DNA of 54,506 nucleotides from Bacteroidaceae bacterium (GTDB lineage Bacteria; Actinomycetota; Coriobacteriia; Coriobacteriales; CADBOM01): NCBI GenBank assembly GCA_963624975.1, contig CAVFRF010000064.1, positions 1 to 54,506 of the forward strand, read 5' to 3'. Shown piece by piece: positions 46,847 to 54,506 of this stretch (position 1 is its first letter; each line of letters starts with the position of its first letter). The notes under the pieces were generated by a model. It saw only the letters and a program-made list of their open reading frames with translations, ran no database searches and was not told where the DNA came from. The position numbers and the translations under genes were made by a program.

Positions 46847-47695
46847 ATGAAACAGTTCAACAAGAAGTTGCTTGCAATCGCCATCTCGACGGCAGCGCTC
46901 GCGGGCGTTCTGGCACTTGCCGGATGCGGCTCGTCCAGCTCGGACAGCACGGCATCGGGCGATTCGAAGACCATCACCGTGGCTGCCAGCCCCACTCCCC
47001 ATGCGGAGATTCTCAACAACGCCGTGAAGCCGATCCTCGAGAAGGAGGGCTACACGCTGGTGGTGAAGGAGTTCACCGACTACGTGCTGCCCAACACCGC
47101 CACCGAGGAGGGCGAGGTGGATGCCAACTACTTCCAGCACAAGCCCTATCTGGATAGCTTCAACGAGGAGCAGGGCACCCATCTGGTGTCGGTCGAGGCC
47201 GTGCACTTCGAGCCCTTCGGCCTCTACGCCGGCAAGACCGCATCGCTCGACGCCCTGGGCGACGGAGCCGTGGTGGCCGTTCCCAACGACACCACCAACG
47301 AGGCCCGCGCTCTTCTGCTGCTCGAGCAGGAGGGCCTGATCACCCTCAAGGATGGCGCCGGCATCACCGCCACCACCAACGACATCGAGAGCAACCCCAA
47401 GAACCTGCAGATCAAGGAGCTTGAGTCGGCCGCGATCCCGACCGTTCTGGCCGACGTGGACGTTGCCTGCATCAACGGCAACTACGCTCAGGGCGCAGGC
47501 CTCAACGTGGCCGACGCGCTGGCCGTCGAGGCATCCGACTCGCTGGCAGCCGAGACCTACGGCAACGTGCTGGTGGTCAAGGACGGCAACCAGAACAACG
47601 AGGCCATCCAGGCTCTCGCCAAGGCCCTCGTGTCCGAGGACGTGCGCACCTACATCAACAACACCTACGGCAACGCAGTGGTACCGGTGTTCTAA
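46847..47695 (+). CDS. metQ: Methionine ABC transporter substrate-binding lipoprotein
   Basis: Trimmed to MKQFNKKLL. It has lipobox LALAGCGS and NlpA/MetQ family features (VAASPTPHAEIL, NYFQHKPYLD). Confidence 0.92.
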   Translation: MKQFNKKLLAIAISTAALAGVLALAGCGSSSSDSTASGDSKTITVAASPTPHAEILNNAVKPILEKEGYTLVVKEFTDYVLPNTATEEGEVDANYFQHKPYLDSFNEEQGTHLVSVEAVHFEPFGLYAGKTASLDALGDGAVVAVPNDTTNEARALLLLEQEGLITLKDGAGITATTNDIESNPKNLQIKELESAAIPTVLADVDVACINGNYAQGAGLNVADALAVEASDSLAAETYGNVLVVKDGNQNNEAIQALAKALVSEDVRTYINNTYGNAVVPVF

Positions 47696-47697
47696 AG

Positions 47698-48540
47698 ATG
47701 ATCGAACTCCAACATCTCAGCAAAGTCTATTCGGCACGCAGCGGTGCGCATGATGCCCTGCACGACGTGAGCCTCACCATCGCCGACGGCGACGTGTACG
47801 GCATCATCGGGCAGTCGGGCGCTGGCAAGTCCACGCTCGTGCGCTGCATCAACCTCCTCGAGCGTCCTACCTCGGGGCGCGTGCTGATCGACGGGGTCGA
47901 CGTTACCGATTACAAGGGCAAGCAGCTTCGCGAGATGCGTGCCGGCATCGGCATGATCTTTCAGAGCTTCAGCCTGTTCCAGCAGCAAAACGTGCTGCAG
48001 AACGTGATGTTTCCCCTGGCGCTCAGGCACGAGAACAAGGAAGCCAGCCGCAAGCGCGCGATGGACCTGCTCGAGATGGTGGGTCTGGCCGACAGGACGC
48101 AGAGCTACCCGAGCGAGCTTTCGGGCGGCCAGCAGCAGCGCGTGGCGATTGCCCGTGCGCTGGCCAACAACCCGCACGTGATGCTGTGCGACGAGGCCAC
48201 CAGCGCGCTGGACACGCGCACCACGGTGAGCATCCTCAACCTGCTGGGCGACATCAACCGCGAGCTGGGCGTTACCGTGGTGCTGATCACGCACTCTCTG
48301 GTGGTCGCGCAGCGCGTGTGCAACAAGATCGCGGTGCTCGACGGCGGGCACGTGGTGGAAGAGGGCCTCACCGCCGAGGTGTTCTCCAATCCGCAAAGCC
48401 CGGTAACGCGCGAGCTTATCGCCAACGATTCGCTGTCGAAGTTCGACCCCAACGCGGGTGCCGGCGATGGCGAAGACGCGGAGGAGCTGGCCGACGACTC
48501 CAGGGTCGCAGCCTACGCATCGGAAAGCGGGGTTGCATAA
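47698..48540 (+). CDS. metN: Methionine ABC transporter ATP-binding protein (no evident C-terminal NIL domain)
   Basis: Walker [10 protein letters not shown], signature LSGGQQQR, Walker [12 protein letters not shown]. The short acidic C-terminus replaces the usual NIL domain. Confidence 0.9.
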   Translation: MIELQHLSKVYSARSGAHDALHDVSLTIADGDVYGIIGQSGAGKSTLVRCINLLERPTSGRVLIDGVDVTDYKGKQLREMRAGIGMIFQSFSLFQQQNVLQNVMFPLALRHENKEASRKRAMDLLEMVGLADRTQSYPSELSGGQQQRVAIARALANNPHVMLCDEATSALDTRTTVSILNLLGDINRELGVTVVLITHSLVVAQRVCNKIAVLDGGHVVEEGLTAEVFSNPQSPVTRELIANDSLSKFDPNAGAGDGEDAEELADDSRVAAYASESGVA

Positions 48541-49212
48541 ATGGAGGCAATCGGAGAGTTCTTCTCGCAGTACGGCGCGCTGCTGGCGCAGGGCACGTGG
48601 GACACCATCGTGATGACGGGCGTGGCCTCGATATTCGCGTATATCATCGGCACCCCGGTGGGAGTGCTGCTGGTGCTCACCGCGCCCAACGGAATCCACC
48701 CCAAGCCGATGTTCAACTCGGTGCTGAGCTGGATCACCAACATCCTGAGGTCGGTGCCGTTCATCATCCTTCTGTTCGCGCTCATTCCGGTCACGAGGTT
48801 TCTCGTGGGCACTTCGCTGGGAGTCGGCGGCGCGATCGTGCCCCTGGTGGCCACCGCGGCCCCCTTCGCGGCGAGGATGGTGGAGCAGAGCCTGGCCGAG
48901 GTAGACGGAGGGCTGGTGGAGGCCGCGCAGAGCTTCGGCGCATCCACGTGGCAGATCGTGTGCAAGGTGTTCCTGCGCGAGTGCCTGCCGTCGTTTATCC
49001 GCGGCGTGTCCATCACGTTCGTCACGCTGTTCGGCTACTCCGCCATGGCGGGTGCAGTGGGAGCCGGCGGCCTGGGCGACATCGCGATTCGCTACGGATA
49101 CCAGCGCTGGCAGTTCGACGTGATGATCGCCGCAGTGATCCTCTGCATCATCGTGGTGCAGCTGGTGCAGACCGCAGGCGACGTGATAGCCCGCAAGATC
49201 GACAAGCGCTAG
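48541..49212 (+). CDS. metI: Methionine ABC transporter permease
   Basis: 223 aa and multi-TM. It starts immediately after the metN stop. Confidence 0.9.
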   Translation: MEAIGEFFSQYGALLAQGTWDTIVMTGVASIFAYIIGTPVGVLLVLTAPNGIHPKPMFNSVLSWITNILRSVPFIILLFALIPVTRFLVGTSLGVGGAIVPLVATAAPFAARMVEQSLAEVDGGLVEAAQSFGASTWQIVCKVFLRECLPSFIRGVSITFVTLFGYSAMAGAVGAGGLGDIAIRYGYQRWQFDVMIAAVILCIIVVQLVQTAGDVIARKIDKR

Positions 49213-49244
49213 CTGCCAGCCAGCAGCGCACATAGTCAACGATC

Positions 49245-49281
49245 AAGAAGCCCCGGCGTGCATCGCGTGCCGGGGCTTCTT
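49245..49281. terminator. Bidirectional terminator between metI and the convergent DUF1846 gene
   Basis: AAGAAGCCCCGGC and GCCGGGGCTTCTT form a 13-bp stem with an 11-nt loop. Confidence 0.7.
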
Positions 49282-49330
49282 CGCGTCTCGACCCTCGCAA
49301 AAAACGACTCTCGAATCTGATAAAGATGGC

Positions 49331-50851
49331 CTATCCGTGATAGTAGCAGCTCTGCTCGTACCTGGGCTCGCAGCACACGTTGATGCCCAGCGTGCGATAG
49401 AAGGTCTCGTCGGTGGGCGACACGATCACCGAGAAGAACGCATCGCAGCCGCGCAGGCCCCCGACGGCGTCGATGAGCTTGGCGGCCATCTCGTTGTTGC
49501 GCGAGCTTACGGCCAGGGCCAGCATCGTCTCGTCGGAATGCAGGCGCGAGTTATGGCTGTTGAGGTGCTCCTTCTTAAGCTTGCAGATGGGCTCGAGCAC
49601 CTCGTCCTCGATGACCAGCAGCTTGTTGGGCACGCCGGCAAGCCCCTTGAGGGCGTTCATGAGCAGGGCCGATGCCGCACCCATGAGGTTGCCCGTCTTG
49701 CCCGTCACGATGCTGCCGTCGGGAAGCCTCATGGCGCCTGCCGGCCCGCCGGTCGACTCCTCCTTGGCCAGCGCCACGGCCCTGGCCGGGTGCATCTCGG
49801 GCGAGATCTGCGCCTTCTTCATGAGCATCTCGATCTTGTGGACCTCGCGTCCGCCCACGCCCGAACGCTTGAACGCCTCGGCCGCGTGGAAGTAGCGGCG
49901 CAGGATCTCGAGCTTGGACGCCTCGCGGCAGGCCTCGTCGTCCACGATGGCCATGCCTGCCATGTTCACCCCCATGTCGGTAGGCGAGTTGTAGGGGCTC
50001 TCGCCAAGGATGCGCTCGAGCATCGACTTGAGCACGGGGAATATCTCCACGTCGCGGTTGTAGTTGACGGTGGTCTGCCCGTAGGCCTCGAGGTGGAACG
50101 GGTCGATGATGTTGTCGTCGCCCAGGTCCGCGGTGGCGGCCTCGTAGGCGATGTTCACCGGGTGCTGCAGCGGCAGGTTCCATATGGGGAACGTCTCGTA
50201 CTTGGCGTAGCCGGCCTTGATGCCGCGGCGGTTCTCGTGGTAGAGCTGCGAGAGGCACGTGGCCATCTTGCCCGATCCGGGGCCGGGCGCGGTGACCACC
50301 ACGAGCGGGCGCGACGTTTCCACGTAGTCGTTCTTGCCGTAGCCGTCGTCGCTCACGATGAGGTCGATGTCGTGCGGGTAGCCCGCGATCGGGTAGTGCA
50401 GGTAGCTGGTGATGCCCATGCTGTCGAGGCGCGACCTGAACGCCTTGGCCTTCTGCTGCTCGGCGAAGTGCGTGATCACCACGCTGCCCACGTAGAGCCC
50501 CAGGCCCTTGAAGATGTCCATGAGACGCAGCACGTCTTCGTCGTAGGTGATGCCCAGGTCGCCGCGCACCTTGTTCTTCTCGATGTGGTTGGCGTTGATG
50601 GCGATCACGACCTCCACGTCGGCCGCGAGGCTGCGCAGCATGCGGATCTTGGAATCGGGCTCGAAGCCGGGCAGCACGCGCGACGCATGGTAGTCGTCGA
50701 AGAGCTTGCCGCCGAACTCCAGGTAGAGCTTGCCGCCGAACTGGCCGATGCGCTCCTTGATGTGCTCCGCCTGAAGCGCGATGTACTTGTCGTTGTCGAA
50801 TCCAATGGCCGAGCCGTTCGATGTGGTGGTATCCAACTCGTTGATTGACAT
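49331..50851 (-). CDS. DUF1846 (UPF0371) family protein
   Basis: Trimmed to MSINELD, giving 506 aa. FDNDKYIALQAEHIKERI...GGKLFDDYHASRVLPGFEPDSK matches the family N-terminus. Confidence 0.85.
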   Translation of the reverse strand: MSINELDTTTSNGSAIGFDNDKYIALQAEHIKERIGQFGGKLYLEFGGKLFDDYHASRVLPGFEPDSKIRMLRSLAADVEVVIAINANHIEKNKVRGDLGITYDEDVLRLMDIFKGLGLYVGSVVITHFAEQQKAKAFRSRLDSMGITSYLHYPIAGYPHDIDLIVSDDGYGKNDYVETSRPLVVVTAPGPGSGKMATCLSQLYHENRRGIKAGYAKYETFPIWNLPLQHPVNIAYEAATADLGDDNIIDPFHLEAYGQTTVNYNRDVEIFPVLKSMLERILGESPYNSPTDMGVNMAGMAIVDDEACREASKLEILRRYFHAAEAFKRSGVGGREVHKIEMLMKKAQISPEMHPARAVALAKEESTGGPAGAMRLPDGSIVTGKTGNLMGAASALLMNALKGLAGVPNKLLVIEDEVLEPICKLKKEHLNSHNSRLHSDETMLALAVSSRNNEMAAKLIDAVGGLRGCDAFFSVIVSPTDETFYRTLGINVCCEPRYEQSCYYHG

Positions 50852-50940
50852 AGAAGCCCCTCTCCAGCTCATCGGTTCGCAAATCTATCGGATTGACAAA
50901 TGCATGTGGGGCGGGAAAGCCCCGAAACTCAAACGATGCT

Positions 50941-51975
50941 CTAGATAATATCGCAACGAGAGCCTTCCGGCGCGCAGCCATTCTGCGTTTGCTCGCCAAC
51001 GCCCGCGACCGCGTCTGCAGCCTGCGCGTCCGCGCCCGCATCTCCCAGCTCGCACACCGACTTCGCGATGTACATGGGCCTGTGCTTGGTTTCCATGTAG
51101 ATGCGCGCCACGTACTCGCCGATGATGCCCAGCGCGCCCAGAATCATTCCTCCGAATATGAGGATGAGGCACACGATGGTTGGGTAGCCCGACGGGGTGA
51201 ACGACGACATGAAGAACTCCACGATCACCCATATGACCATGAGCACGCCGATGAGCGCGGCGATCGACCCGACGATGCTGGCGATCTTGAGCGGGAAGGT
51301 CGTGAACGAGATCACGCCGTCCATCCCGTAGCGCATGAGCTTGCCGAAGCTCCACTTGGTCTCGCCCGCGGCACGCGGCGCCGGGGTGTACGGGTAGGGC
51401 ACCGTGTTGAAGCCCACCCAGGCGAACATGCCCTTGGAGAACCTGTAGTACTCGGGCATCGACACCAGCGCGTCTGCCACCTCGCGCTTGAACACCCTGA
51501 AGTCGGACGCGTCGGGCACGAGTTCGATGTTGGACACCCTGTTGAAGAACCTGTAGAAGCACTTCTTGAAGAACCTCAGCACGCCGGACTCGCGGCGCTG
51601 CTGCTGGAACGCCGCCACGCAGTCGGCCTCGGGGTCGGCGACGAGCTTGCGGTACATGTCGAGCAGGATCGAGGGCGGCTGCTGCATGTCGGCGTCCATG
51701 AACGCCACGTGGTCGCCGCTCACATGCTCGAGCCCCGCGAAGAGCGCGGCCTCCTTGCCGAAGTTGCGCGAGAAGTCCACCAGCACCGAATGCGAGCAGC
51801 TCGGAGGCATTGGCGCCTCGGCCAGATACTTGCGCGTGCCGTCGGTGCTGCCGTCGTTCACGAACACCAGCTCGTAGCTCACCCCCTGCCCGGCGAATGC
51901 CGCCTCGATGGATTCGAGCAGCAGCTTGAGGCTCGCAGCCTCGTTGTAGCAGGGGATGACGATAGACAGGTCCAT
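50941..51975 (-). CDS. Family-2 glycosyltransferase, polyprenol-phosphate sugar synthase type (GtrB/CsbB-like)
   Basis: Trimmed to MDLSIVIPCYNE. VNDGSTDGT and FMDADMQQPP (the DxD region) are present, plus two C-terminal TM helices. Confidence 0.88.
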   Translation of the reverse strand: MDLSIVIPCYNEAASLKLLLESIEAAFAGQGVSYELVFVNDGSTDGTRKYLAEAPMPPSCSHSVLVDFSRNFGKEAALFAGLEHVSGDHVAFMDADMQQPPSILLDMYRKLVADPEADCVAAFQQQRRESGVLRFFKKCFYRFFNRVSNIELVPDASDFRVFKREVADALVSMPEYYRFSKGMFAWVGFNTVPYPYTPAPRAAGETKWSFGKLMRYGMDGVISFTTFPLKIASIVGSIAALIGVLMVIWVIVEFFMSSFTPSGYPTIVCLILIFGGMILGALGIIGEYVARIYMETKHRPMYIAKSVCELGDAGADAQAADAVAGVGEQTQNGCAPEGSRCDII

Positions 51976-52256
51976 GTTTGCGACGCTTCCTTTTTTGTAA
52001 ACCGCGGTCGAGCTTTGCCCGCGCGCCCTTGGCCTTCGGCCTTCGGCACGCATTCCATTGTATGCAATTAATCAGATGCAATGGCGTGGGGCCCGCCGCC
52101 AATCGTTATAATGACCTCTGGCGTTCGACCCCGGAGCCTCGAAGCACCTCGAACTCGCATGCAACGCTTTATATATAAGCACGCCAAACCTAAGTGCAAC
52201 CTGAAAGACGGCGGGTTTCGATCGGGCTTTTCGGCGCCGATTTTGGAGATTGATTG

Positions 52257-53249
52257 ATGCAGGTCATATTTCATGCCGACGACTTTGGGATAGACCCAGT
52301 CCAATCCACGCGCATACTCGATTGCTGCGGCGGCGCGGGCGCGCCCGGCCTGCTCAACTCGCTCAGCATCTTTGCCAACAGCCTGCGCTTCGACGAATGC
52401 GCGGAGCTTCTCGAGCGCAAGCTCGCTTCGCTTTCGGGCCGCCCCGATGCGCAGCAGCTGCTCATCGGACTGCACGTGAACCTCGTGGAGGGCCATTGCG
52501 TGGCCGACCCCGCGCAGGTGCCCATGCTGGTGGACGGCGACGGCATGTTCGACCTCGGCTTTCTGGGGCTGCTCAAGAAGTCGCGCTCGAGGCAGCGCGC
52601 CGAAGCCCAGCGCCAGATCGAGATCGAGATAGACGCGCAGCTCGCCAAGCTCGTGCGGCGTTTCCCGCAGATGCGCGACGGACTGCGGGTCGACAGCCAT
52701 CAGCACACGCACGCCATTCCGGTGGTGTTCGACGCGCTGCTGGCGTCCATCGAGCGCAGCGGATGCAAGCTCGAGCACATGCGCGTGCCGGTGGAGAGCC
52801 GCCAGCCCTTCGCGCCCAAGCAGATCGCCAAGCGCATCCGCAAGGTCAACCTCGCCAAGCACAAGCTGCTCGCGCATCTGTGGAAGCAGGATGCCAAGGC
52901 GCATCCCGAAGCTGCAGCACCGGCGTCGGCCTTCTGCGGAGTGCTGTTCTCGGGAGAGATGACGGCGGCAAACGTGGAGGCCGTGTTCGACGGCCTGGCG
53001 CGAGACGCCGCAGCGCGCGAGCTTGACCTCGAGGTGCTGTTCCACCCCGGCATCGTCGACGAAGCGGCCTTGTGTCTCAACCCCGCGCTGCCCGGGTTCG
53101 TGGAGTTCAGCACCTCGCCGAACCGCGAGCTGGAGGCGCAGGCGCTCAAGGCGTTCGCGCTCGAGTCGCGCGACGGTCTGCCCGCGCTGACCCGCATCGC
53201 GCCCGATGCCGCAGAAGCGACACAGGATCAGGAGCCTTCATCTCTATGA
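52257..53249 (+). CDS. YdjC/ChbG/HpnK-family carbohydrate deacetylase
   Basis: MQVIFHADDFGI at the N-terminus and VDSHQHTH downstream are family hallmarks. Confidence 0.85.
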   Translation: MQVIFHADDFGIDPVQSTRILDCCGGAGAPGLLNSLSIFANSLRFDECAELLERKLASLSGRPDAQQLLIGLHVNLVEGHCVADPAQVPMLVDGDGMFDLGFLGLLKKSRSRQRAEAQRQIEIEIDAQLAKLVRRFPQMRDGLRVDSHQHTHAIPVVFDALLASIERSGCKLEHMRVPVESRQPFAPKQIAKRIRKVNLAKHKLLAHLWKQDAKAHPEAAAPASAFCGVLFSGEMTAANVEAVFDGLARDAAARELDLEVLFHPGIVDEAALCLNPALPGFVEFSTSPNRELEAQALKAFALESRDGLPALTRIAPDAAEATQDQEPSSL

Positions 53250-54506
53250 CATCCAAAACCCAGCACACCACCGCAAGCTCCGCCCCGGTCTCGGGAGCAT
53301 CGGCCACGCGCCGCTACGAGTACGTGCTCTCCCTGGTGCTCCCCGCGCTGATCTTGGCAGCGACGTTCGCAGCTCGCGGCATCTACCCGTTCGGCACGCT
53401 CAGCGTGGCGATCGAAGACCAGAACATCCAGTACGTGGGATTCTACTCGTGGCTGTCGGAGGTGATGCACGGCAACGGCTCGCTGCTATATTCCGCCACG
53501 CAGGGCCTGGGCGAGGGCACCGCGGCTCTCATCGCATACTACCTGGCCAGCCCGTTCAGCCTGCTGGCGGCGTTCTTCGATCCGATGGACGCGCCTCAGC
53601 TGCTGTCGCTCATGACGCTCGTCAAGCTCCCCTTCGCGGGCCTCACCTGCTACACGTTCCTGCGCAGGCGCTACGGCGCGGGCACCATGGGCGTGGCCCT
53701 CTCGCTGGCGTACGCGCTCAGCGGCTACGTGCTGCTGCAATGCAGCAACATCATGTGGATGGACGGCGTGATCATGCTGCCCCTGGTGGCTCTGGGCACC
53801 TGGCGTGCGGCGCGTGGCGAGAGGCTGTGGCCGCTTTTCGCCAGCGTGGCCTGCGTGGTGCTGTTCAACTGGTACGTGGGCTTCATGTGCTGTCTGTTCT
53901 CGGCGTGCTACTTCCTGGCATGCTGCTACATCGACAAGCTGCCCAGCAGGGTTTTCGTGAAGAGGGGCGTGCGCTACGCCATCGCGATGCTCTTGGCGCT
54001 CGGAGCCAGCATGGTGCTGTTCCTGCCCTCGGCGCTGGGCCTCATGTCGGGAGCCAACACCGACATGGGCTCTTCCCTATATGCCAACCTGCATGCCAAC
54101 CCGTCGAACTTCGTCGCATACTACTGCATGGGCTACACCGGCGACGAGCTGTCCCCCGGGGTGTACCTCACCTCGATGGCTCCGATACTGGCGCTATCGC
54201 TGTTCTTCAACCGCAAGGTGCCGCGCCGCCTCAAGGTCGGGCTCGGGGTGCTGGCGCTGTTCCTGCTGTCATCGTTCTTCCTGTTCCCGCTCGACGTGCT
54301 GTGGAGCGCCCTCAAACTGGCCACGTCGTTCTACTTCCGCTACGCCTTCGTGTTCGACTTCGTGGTGGTGGTGCTGGCCATCGAGGGCTACCGGCGCCTG
54401 TTCGAGCTGGACCGCCGCGAGAACTTCCGCGTGCTGGCCAAGTCCACGTTCCTGTTCGGGCTGCTCATCGGGCTGGCCATCATGGACCTGGCCTACTATT
54501 CCAAGT
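53246..54506 (+). CDS. YfhO-family membrane glycosyltransferase (3-prime end beyond the window)
   Basis: It is not in the ORF track because there is no stop in the window. ATG 53246 overlaps the upstream stop (ATGA). My translation gives MTSKTQHTT...ARGIYPFGTLSVAIEDQNIQYVGFYSWL..., a multi-TM protein typical of YfhO. Confidence 0.8.
   Translation, partial: MTSKTQHTTASSAPVSGASATRRYEYVLSLVLPALILAATFAARGIYPFGTLSVAIEDQNIQYVGFYSWLSEVMHGNGSLLYSATQGLGEGTAALIAYYLASPFSLLAAFFDPMDAPQLLSLMTLVKLPFAGLTCYTFLRRRYGAGTMGVALSLAYALSGYVLLQCSNIMWMDGVIMLPLVALGTWRAARGERLWPLFASVACVVLFNWYVGFMCCLFSACYFLACCYIDKLPSRVFVKRGVRYAIAMLLALGASMVLFLPSALGLMSGANTDMGSSLYANLHANPSNFVAYYCMGYTGDELSPGVYLTSMAPILALSLFFNRKVPRRLKVGLGVLALFLLSSFFLFPLDVLWSALKLATSFYFRYAFVFDFVVVVLAIEGYRRLFELDRRENFRVLAKSTFLFGLLIGLAIMDLAYYSK

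Overview
High-GC bacterial chromosome segment. The gene content and order (dnaK-grpE-dnaJ-hspR-clpB, gatCAB, hisS/aspS) look actinobacterial, possibly Coriobacteriia-like, but that is inference only. The backbone is ordinary: chaperone operon, aminoacyl-tRNA and amidotransferase genes, metQNI, an Opp/Nik-type ABC importer, MATE and EamA transporters, mntP, an LPXTG-type surface protein, and a GT2-YdjC-YfhO envelope glycosylation cluster.

Three visibly AT-richer islands interrupt it. Hand counts of single 60-nt lines give about 42-47% GC in the islands against about 67% in backbone.

- Island 1 (about 114..4552) carries a type II R-M pair, with an HTH-fused C5 methyltransferase, diverging from a cassette of DUF4417-like protein, toxin-like protein and small acidic protein. 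It is bracketed by a 113-bp imperfect direct repeat.
- Island 2 (about 31.68..33.10 kb) is an array of three tandem ~100-aa paralogs plus a 26-codon remnant. It sits next to a foldback inverted-repeat element.
- Island 3 (43371..46615) is flanked by a perfect 36-bp direct repeat. It carries an orphan RelB/DinJ antitoxin, XRE plus ImmA/IrrE, and a second DUF4417 cassette whose two downstream genes are unrelated to those of island 1.

The best candidate for an undescribed system is this recurring cassette: a conserved DUF4417 gene translationally coupled to a variable effector-like gene and a variable small acidic gene.

No rRNA, tRNA, CRISPR array, integrase or transposase was recognised. Many long ORFs in the track are high-GC antisense or read-through artefacts and were trimmed or rejected.
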